A stretch of DNA of 64,000 bases from positions 1 to 64,000 of the forward strand of contig BTVV01000013.1 in assembly GCA_045863855.1 (NCBI GenBank), written 5' to 3'. The stretch comes from Planctomycetota bacterium. GTDB taxonomy: Bacteria; Planctomycetota; SZUA-567; H5-PLA8. Below the pieces are notes generated by a model, which saw nothing but the letters and a program-made list of their open reading frames with translations, was not told the origin of the DNA and ran no database searches. This document shows positions 57,609 through 64,000 of the stretch, one piece after another; the first letter of the stretch is position 1; the number at the start of each line of letters is the position of its first letter. Position numbers and translations under genes: made by a program.

Positions 57609-58101
57609 AAGAGCAGGGCTGAAGTAGAGTCGGAATTGGCGGCTTCAACGCAGATCCGTGCAAACGATTGCAATCCCTTCCGCCAAGTAGCCGCCAAAGT
57701 TTTGCCATCGAAACCGTAGATCAAGAGATCGAGAAGGCTTGCAACCTACCACCCTTGGTTTCCTAAACCGGAGGTCGCCCTCTGCTTGCTCCGAAGGGCG
57801 GGCTCTGCGTTGGCCTCGCCCGCCGTATGGTCTCGATGCGACGCCCTGCGGGACGCCTTGCCGTTTCAAAAGCGCCTGGCGACGCGGTGAGCACGCTTTT
57901 CAGCGAGCTGCCAGGGCGCGGGATCGATCGTTCCGGCTACGCATCTTTACGAAAGAGTGCGCGTTCTTGTGAGGGCAAAAAATTGGGTTAGGCTGAGCGG
58001 TGCATGGACGGCAAAACGCACCGGCAGCATGCGCGCACGTGCCAGCGGGATCGGCGGGCGGACGGCGTTTTGAACCGGATGCCTTGGACTTCCGCCTGCG
58101 C

Positions 58102-59268
58102 ATGTTGCGTCACGCGCCTTCATCCGTGAAATCCCGTACGCGCGTTCGCGCGTTGCTCCTGCTTTGGATCGCGCTCGTCTTCGGCGCTTTGTGGACGTAC
58201 GGGATGCCGGCGGGGGCGGCGGGCGCGGGCGTGGGGTTCGCGGTGCGTCCGGCGCCGCCGGCGGGCGGCGGCAAAGCGTTCCTGCATGCGTCGATGCTCG
58301 ACGGAAACAGCGTGCGTTCGGTGCACAGTTGCACGCTGGTGGAACTCTCCGGCGGGCGCTTGCGCGCCTTCTGGTACGGGGGGAGCCGCGAGGGGGCGCT
58401 GGACGTCGCGATCTACACGGCGGTGTACGATCCGTCCGAGCGGACGTGGAGCCGCGAGCGGGCGCTGATCGACCGGGCGGTTTCGGAAGACGGACTGCAG
58501 CGCTGCGTCCAGAAGCTGGGCAATTCGTGCGCGCTGCTGGACTCGAGCGGGAAGCTGTGGCTCTTCTTCGTCACCTCGATGACGGGCTGGTCGGGGAGCA
58601 GCATCAACGTCACGACTTCGCCGGACGAAGGCGAGACGTGGACGGCGCCGCGGCGGCTGGTCACGTCGCCGTTCTTGAACCTGAGCACGCTGGTGCGCAG
58701 CCCGCCGTTTCAGTTCGCGGACGGGACGATCGGGCTTCCGGTGTACCACGAATTCCTGAGCAAATTCTGCGAGCTGTTGCGGCTGGACGGGGACGGCAAC
58801 GTGCTCTCGAAGCAGCGTCTGACGCAGGACCGTCTGGCGATCCAGCCGGCGATCGTGCCGTTCGGGGCGCTGGAGGCCGTGTGCCTGATGCGGCCGACGT
58901 ATTCGTCGCCCAAGCGCGTGATCGGCTCGCGGACGACGGACGGCGGGCGGACGTGGAGCGCGGCGGCGCCGCTGGAGCTTACGAGCGACCGTTCGGGCGT
59001 GGCGGGGGTGCGGATGCCCGACGGCGGGCTGCTGGCGGCGGCGCGGGTGATGCGCAAGCTGACGCTTTCCGTATCGCGCGACGAAGGCGCGACGTGGCGG
59101 ACGGTGGCGCACGCGGCGGACGGCCTGGTGGCGGAAGACCCGAACGAGCGGACCACGTATCCGTGCCTGCTGCTGACGAAGGCCGGCGAATACCACCTGG
59201 TCTTCACGTACAACCGGCGCGAGATCCGGCACATGCACTTCAACCAAGCGTGGCTGGATCTGCCATGA
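58102..59268 (+). CDS. BNR/Asp-box (sialidase-like) beta-propeller protein
   Basis: N-terminal TM; FWYGGSREG..DV.I; Asp boxes SPDEGETW, TTDGGRTW, SRDEGATW; LVTSPFLNLSTLVR; YP..L; start uncertain. Confidence 0.82.
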   Translation: MLRHAPSSVKSRTRVRALLLLWIALVFGALWTYGMPAGAAGAGVGFAVRPAPPAGGGKAFLHASMLDGNSVRSVHSCTLVELSGGRLRAFWYGGSREGALDVAIYTAVYDPSERTWSRERALIDRAVSEDGLQRCVQKLGNSCALLDSSGKLWLFFVTSMTGWSGSSINVTTSPDEGETWTAPRRLVTSPFLNLSTLVRSPPFQFADGTIGLPVYHEFLSKFCELLRLDGDGNVLSKQRLTQDRLAIQPAIVPFGALEAVCLMRPTYSSPKRVIGSRTTDGGRTWSAAAPLELTSDRSGVAGVRMPDGGLLAAARVMRKLTLSVSRDEGATWRTVAHAADGLVAEDPNERTTYPCLLLTKAGEYHLVFTYNRREIRHMHFNQAWLDLP

Positions 59269-59906
59269 CCGTTCACGCGCTGAGCGCCTGCTTCGGCCTG
59301 GGCGGCTGCTTGCTCGTGGCGCTCTTCTTTTTAACCTCGGCGTTTCGCTTCGTGGCCGTTCCGGTCTGGGCGCGCTGGGGCTTCGCGGCGGCGGCCGTGG
59401 CGGCGTTGCTGGTTCCGCTGGACGGTATCTCCGGCGCGGAGTACGTGCGCTCGTGGACGGGCGACGTGAGTCTGACGCTGGCGGCGCTGCTGGCGCTGTG
59501 GTGCTGGGAGCAGCTTTCCGGGCGGCGCGTGCTGGAAGCGCGGAGCTTGACGCGGCTGAGCGGCGCGGTGCTGGCGTTGGCGGTCTGCTTTTATCCGTTC
59601 GCGCTGGGGTGGTCGATGTTCGATCCGTACGCTCTGGGGTACGGATCGCACGCGCTCTTCGCGAGCCTGCTGCTGCTGACGCTGGCGGCGTGGTACGCCG
59701 AAGAGCACGTGCTGGTGCTGGTCCTGACCTTCGGCGCGGCGGGCTTCGCGCTGGACGTGCTGGAATCGCGCAACCTGTGGGATTACCTGATCGATCCGGT
59801 GCTGAGTCTGCTGGCGCTGGTGTGGCTGGCGTCGCGGCTGGCGCTGCGGTGGCCGTGGCGCGCGAAGCCGGCCGCCGGCGCGGCGAGCGAAGCGGCGGCG
59901 CTCTGA
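59265..59906 (+). CDS. Hypothetical integral membrane protein
   Basis: ATGA overlap with upstream stop; GDVS, FYPFALG..FDPYALGY, LESRNLWDYLIDP; multiple TM helices. Confidence 0.8.
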   Translation: MTVHALSACFGLGGCLLVALFFLTSAFRFVAVPVWARWGFAAAAVAALLVPLDGISGAEYVRSWTGDVSLTLAALLALWCWEQLSGRRVLEARSLTRLSGAVLALAVCFYPFALGWSMFDPYALGYGSHALFASLLLLTLAAWYAEEHVLVLVLTFGAAGFALDVLESRNLWDYLIDPVLSLLALVWLASRLALRWPWRAKPAAGAASEAAAL

Positions 59907-59930
59907 ACCTTTCTTAAAAAGTCAGGCTCT

Positions 59931-60860
59931 TCAGAAGTCCGCACCGGGTTCGGCCTCGGCGGAGGGCTCTTTGGCGTTGGGCCGGAGGTGATGCGGGAAT
60001 TTGGATTCGAGGCGGGCTTTTAGTTTTTCGCGCGCGGGGCCATCGAGGGCGGCGAGGAGGCTTGCGCGGGCGGCATCAACGAGTTCGCGGGCGGCGGCGG
60101 CGGCATCCTGCATGAACTGCTGCGCGTCCTTGGCGAAGGCGGCGAGTTCGGGCGGCAGGTTCTGGGGTTCGCTCGACTGTTTGGCCAGCGCCCAGCCTTG
60201 TGCGGCGCGAGCTTCGAGTTCGCGGATGCGCGGTTCGAGCTTGGCGAGGCGAGCGGCCAGATCGGCGGCGAGCTTTTCGCGGACGGCGTCGAGCGCTTCT
60301 TTCTGGGCGCGGTCGGAGCCGGTGAGCACATCGTTGGCGCGCTTTTCGTAGCGGCGGCGCAGTTCGACGGCGCGTTCGGCGAGGCGGGCCTGTGCGGCCG
60401 TCCATTCCTGCTCCAGCTTGTCCCGTTCGGCTTGATAGGTCTCGCGCAGCCGCTGCATGGCCGTGGTGCCGGCGGGGAAGATCTCTTCGGCCGGGACGCC
60501 GCGCGCGAACGAATAGAGCAGATCGACGCCGCCGGGCGGCACCTTGAGGACGAAGGTGCGGCGCGGACCGTAATCGAGGTCGGACAGATCGGGCGCGGCG
60601 GGCAGGCCGAAGGCGAAGCGCACGCCGCGTTCGACGCCGTTGGGGTGCAGGCCGAAGTGCATGGCTTGGCCAATGGTGCTGTAGTGCGCGGCGCCGGTGG
60701 CGAGAAACTGAAGCGAGACGGCGGCTTGCCCGCGCTCGGTTCGAGAGGCTTCCACGCGGATAACCTTGGGGCGCTCGTTCTTGGGCGCGGATTCGTCCTC
60801 GGCGCGCGCGGCGGCCGACGCGAAGAGCAGGAGCGTCAGGGTGGCGGGGGCGAGGCGCAT
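59931..60860 (-). CDS. Secreted helical protein, paralog of 61049-62080
   Basis: Signal peptide from ATG 60860; LDYG..TFVLKVPPGGVD..EEIF then coiled coil. Confidence 0.75.
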   Translation of the reverse strand: MRLAPATLTLLLFASAAARAEDESAPKNERPKVIRVEASRTERGQAAVSLQFLATGAAHYSTIGQAMHFGLHPNGVERGVRFAFGLPAAPDLSDLDYGPRRTFVLKVPPGGVDLLYSFARGVPAEEIFPAGTTAMQRLRETYQAERDKLEQEWTAAQARLAERAVELRRRYEKRANDVLTGSDRAQKEALDAVREKLAADLAARLAKLEPRIRELEARAAQGWALAKQSSEPQNLPPELAAFAKDAQQFMQDAAAAARELVDAARASLLAALDGPAREKLKARLESKFPHHLRPNAKEPSAEAEPGADF

Positions 60861-60969
60861 GGGGGCTCCGGTGGGGCGAAGTCCAAAATTCAAACGGCAA
60901 GAATCCAACCAACGGCCAACGACAGCAACGGATCCATCAACGGAAACTTCCACAGCTACTTCAACGGCT

Positions 60970-61038
60970 GCGGGCGGGACGCCCGCGATACGGGGTTGCG
61001 GCCGGCCCCCGTCCGGTGGGGACGGGGGCTGAGGCCGC
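60970..61038. repeat. REP-like palindrome plus GC-rich hairpin
   Basis: GCGGGCG-GGA-CGCCCGC-GATAC (60970-60991); GCCCCCGTCC-GGTGG-GGACGGGGGC (61005-61029); preceded by several CAACGG units. Confidence 0.55.
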
Positions 61039-61048
61039 GGGATGAGGG

Positions 61049-62080
61049 TTAGAAGTTCTCGCCGGGAGGAGCCGCGGGCTTTTCGGGCGCGCCTTGGGGC
61101 TCGTTGCCGCGCTCGGGTCGATTGCCACGGTCTCCACCGGGAGGTCCGCCGCGACCGCGTCCGCCGTCGCGCATCTGCTGGCGGCGCTCTTCGAGTTCCT
61201 TGAACTGCGTCTCGAGCTTGGTCTTGGCGTCTCCGGTGAGGGCCGCGAGCATCTTGGCATGGGTGTCCTGCGTGACCTTCTCGATGGCCTCGCGGAGCTT
61301 GCCTATGACTTCCTGGCCCTTCTGGTAGACGCCGGCGAGGGCGCGCCAGTCGCGGTTCTCGCGGACTTCGGCGCCTTTGGCCGTGGCTTCTTCCTTGAGC
61401 TTGGTCAAGTCTTCGTTGAAGGGCTCGTTGGCCTTGGCGCGTTCTTCGTGGTAGGCCTTGGCGAGCGCATCGAGCTGTTCTTTCTCGGCCTTCTTGTCGC
61501 CCAACTGTTCGTTGGCCTTGCCTTCGTACTGTTCGCGCAGGGCGATGACCTTGAGCGCGAAGGCTTTGTTGGCGGCGTTGAGTTCGGTCTGCAGCTTCTT
61601 GAGTTCCTCGGCGTATTCCTTGCGCAGCCCGTCGAGGGAGGCGGTCTGTTCTTCGGTGAGCGTGAAGATTTCTTCGGCCTTCAGGCCGTCGCGGAAGGCA
61701 TCGAGGTTGTCAACGCCGCCGACGGGTGTATTGACGACGAAGCGCTTCTGGACGCCGAAGTCGAGGCTTTCGACTTCGATGGGCGAGCTGCGCCCGACCA
61801 TGAAATCGATCTGGCGATCGATCCAGGAGGTGGGGTTGTTTCCGCCGCCAAAACCACCGTTTCCGCGTCCGCGGAAGCCGCGCATCATTTCCGGCCCGCC
61901 GCCGGGTTGCATGCCGTCTTTGCGTTCGCCTTGCGGAGCGTTGGCGCCGGGGGTGACGGTGACAACGGCATCGCCTTCCTTTTTGGGCGCGCCTTCTTCT
62001 TCGGCCTGGGCGTGCCAAGGCAGCCAGCAGGCCAGGGCCAGGGCGAGCCCCGCTTGGACCTTCTTCGCTTCGCACAACAT
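61049..62080 (-). CDS. Secreted helical protein with Gly/Arg-rich linkers (Spy/CpxP-like character)
   Basis: RBS AGGAGG; signal peptide; LDFG..RFVVNTPVGGVD..EEIFTLTEEQ then coiled coil. Confidence 0.78.
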   Translation of the reverse strand: MLCEAKKVQAGLALALACWLPWHAQAEEEGAPKKEGDAVVTVTPGANAPQGERKDGMQPGGGPEMMRGFRGRGNGGFGGGNNPTSWIDRQIDFMVGRSSPIEVESLDFGVQKRFVVNTPVGGVDNLDAFRDGLKAEEIFTLTEEQTASLDGLRKEYAEELKKLQTELNAANKAFALKVIALREQYEGKANEQLGDKKAEKEQLDALAKAYHEERAKANEPFNEDLTKLKEEATAKGAEVRENRDWRALAGVYQKGQEVIGKLREAIEKVTQDTHAKMLAALTGDAKTKLETQFKELEERRQQMRDGGRGRGGPPGGDRGNRPERGNEPQGAPEKPAAPPGENF

Positions 62081-62130
62081 GGTACGTCCTCCTGTGGTTC
62101 GGCTCTTCGCAGCCGGATGAAAATCGATGT

Positions 62131-63405
62131 TTACTTCGTTCCCGTCCACGCGTCGGGCGGGCGATAGCGTTCGCGCCCGCGGCGCACGGCGCCGGCGGCA
62201 CGTTCGAGCTTGCAGGCCTGTCCGGCGGGCGTGGGCGCTTGCGCGTCGCGTTCCAACTGGCCGAGCCTGCGTTCGTGAGCTTCGAGATACTGCGCGACTC
62301 GGGCGCGGCGCTCGGTGAGTTCGCCGCGCGCCGCGGCTTCGGCTTGAGCCAGCCCGGCGTCGAGTTCCTTCAGGGTGCGGCGGTATTCGTCGACGCGGGC
62401 GGAGTAGAGCGCGCGCTGGGCATGGAGCGCTCCGGCGTCGGCGGTCTGCTTAAGCGTCTCGACGCGCTTCTCGACGGTATCGAGGAAGACCTGGACGTTC
62501 TCGCGTTCGAGGTCGGAGACGTACATTTCGCCGGCGCGGACTTCGACGGCGCCGGAGGCGTGCGCGGCGGCGACCTGGGCCGAACCGCTGAAGACCATCA
62601 CGATGCCCTGGCCGCGGCGATCGGGATTGGGCGCGCCGGGCGGCGGGGCTTCTTCCTGGAAGACCATGGAGACGCCTTCGACCTTCGCGTCGAGGGCGGT
62701 GCTTTTGACCACGAGCGGTTCGGCTCCGCCGGGTTCGTAGGCGAAGAGCAGGCCGTCCTGCAGATGCAGCGCTTCGGCGGCGCCGCGCGCCTGCGGCCGG
62801 AAGCGCGTCTCTTGGAGCAGGCGCAGGCGCCCGCCGTTGGCGGTGCCGAAGACGGCTTCGCCTTCCTTACTGACTTGATAGAGCTTGCCCGGCGCGATCG
62901 CTCCGGCGGGCTTGCCGTCGGCGTCCAGCAGTGCGGCGGACCCGGGCAGCATTTCGATGCGCGCGACCGCGGCGCCGCGGTCCTGGAGCGCGCGGATGCC
63001 CAGCCAACTCAGGCCCAACGCAGCGACGCACGCGGCGGCCGCGCCGAACCGGCGCAGCCCAGGCGAGCGGCGCGCTTCGGAAATGAGGAGCGGGGCGCTG
63101 CCGGGGTCGCGCACGGGCGATGGCTGGAGCGTGGAATCATTCGCGGCGGTGTCCGACGGGAGCGCGGCCATGACACGCGCGGCGAAACGTGCGCCGGGCT
63201 GCGCTTCGCGCGAGGCGGCTACGAGTTGCGCATCGACTTCGTCGAGCGCATCGAGAAGCGCGCGCGTGGCGTCCGACGCGCGGGCGCGCTGGAGCGCTTG
63301 CGCGGCTTGGGGCTCGAGCGTTTCGCCGTTGCGTTCGCGCACGTGCGCTTCGGCGGCGGCGAATGCTTCGGGCGTCAGCGCCTGTTCCAGATCTTCCGGC
63401 GTCAT
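62131..63405 (-). CDS. Putative anti-sigma factor (TM + FecR-like periplasmic domain)
   Basis: RBS AAGGAG; N-terminal helical domain with FAARVMAAL, one TM, FecR-like beta region; follows an ECF sigma. Confidence 0.7.
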   Translation of the reverse strand: MTPEDLEQALTPEAFAAAEAHVRERNGETLEPQAAQALQRARASDATRALLDALDEVDAQLVAASREAQPGARFAARVMAALPSDTAANDSTLQPSPVRDPGSAPLLISEARRSPGLRRFGAAAACVAALGLSWLGIRALQDRGAAVARIEMLPGSAALLDADGKPAGAIAPGKLYQVSKEGEAVFGTANGGRLRLLQETRFRPQARGAAEALHLQDGLLFAYEPGGAEPLVVKSTALDAKVEGVSMVFQEEAPPPGAPNPDRRGQGIVMVFSGSAQVAAAHASGAVEVRAGEMYVSDLERENVQVFLDTVEKRVETLKQTADAGALHAQRALYSARVDEYRRTLKELDAGLAQAEAAARGELTERRARVAQYLEAHERRLGQLERDAQAPTPAGQACKLERAAGAVRRGRERYRPPDAWTGTK

Positions 63406-63515
63406 GGCCACTCCTTCCACATCCAGCACGAGACTCGTACCGCGGGTTTTGCTGCCGCAGGCGCGTAAATCTCTCGAACTGCGATTATTACCGGCGCGTT
63501 CACGGTGCTGCTCAT
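63402..63515 (-). CDS. Possible 37-aa micro-ORF between sigma and anti-sigma
   Basis: MSSTVNAPVIIAVREIYAPAAAKPAVRVSCWMWKEWP; ATGA overlaps at both ends. Confidence 0.4.
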   Translation of the reverse strand: MSSTVNAPVIIAVREIYAPAAAKPAVRVSCWMWKEWP

Positions 63516-64000
63516 GGGCGTTCGCCTTTGCCGATGGCGTTGCGCAAAACGGCGAGTGCGCGCGTCAGGCGGCTGGTGATGGTGCCGATGGGCACGCCTT
63601 CCGCTTCCGCAATCTGCTTGCAGCTCAAGCCTTGCTGGTACTTCTGCAGCATGGTCTGGCGGTAGGGTTCGGGGAGTTCTTCGACCATCGCCAGGACATC
63701 GGCGGCGCGAGCGCGGTCGGGGTTCGGTTCGGGTTCGGGCACATCCATCTCGGGATGGAGCGCGCTTTCGGGCCGCGACGACTGGCGCCGCGCTTCGCGC
63801 GAGGCGCGGTGGCGGGCGATCTGGAGTAGCCAGGGGAGAAAACGAGCCTGTTCGCGCAACTGAGCCAAGGCCGAGAAGGCGTTGACGAACACCTCCTGGG
63901 CCAGGTCTTCGGCCCGATGCGGTTCGCGGACGTACGGAAAGACGACGCCGTACACGACGCGCTGATAGCGTCCGACGAGTTCTCCGAAGCGTTCGCGCTG
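63512..64000 (-). CDS. ECF RNA polymerase sigma-70 factor (5' end outside window)
   Basis: AEDLAQEVF, FLPWLLQIA (region 2); LPEPYR..GLSCKQIA..GVPIGTITSRLTRA (region 4). Confidence 0.93.
   Translation of the reverse strand, partial: QRERFGELVGRYQRVVYGVVFPYVREPHRAEDLAQEVFVNAFSALAQLREQARFLPWLLQIARHRASREARRQSSRPESALHPEMDVPEPEPNPDRARAADVLAMVEELPEPYRQTMLQKYQQGLSCKQIAEAEGVPIGTITSRLTRALAVLRNAIGKGERP

Overview
High-GC bacterial chromosomal window. Gene style (Ser/Thr kinase, FHA, ECF/anti-sigma, many secreted hypotheticals, PhyH/Gfo clusters) suggests a Planctomycetota-like organism; this is inference only. Housekeeping and metabolic genes: metH, pyruvate carboxylase, a DUF4914 PEPCK-like protein, DNA photolyase, metG, moaA and a stand-alone rplC. 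Notable items: (i) a Rieske / b6-type cytochrome b / membrane-anchored octaheme HAO-like operon whose Rieske gene has an in-frame TAA between its two cluster-binding motifs; (ii) an Arg-rich protein of unknown function behind what looks like a complete leader-peptide (MTVRIPQL) transcription attenuator; (iii) a monocistronic L3 gene outside the S10 operon with a remodelled PTC-proximal loop; (iv) a PhyH-family Fe/2OG enzyme with an HxG (halogenase-like) motif; (v) an XRE-HTH/class III cyclase fusion directly upstream of metH; (vi) a lower-GC patch (~53.9-57.7 kb) with AAGTGTAA repeats and a REP-flanked RAYT transposase; (vii) an ECF sigma/anti-sigma cassette with a doubly coupled 37-aa micro-ORF and two paralogous helical secreted proteins; (viii) a MITE-like palindrome at 2.84-2.99 kb. 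No rRNA, tRNA or CRISPR array was seen. All family calls come from motif recognition by eye, not database searches. Several start codons were moved downstream of the ORF-track start where an RBS or domain boundary supported it.
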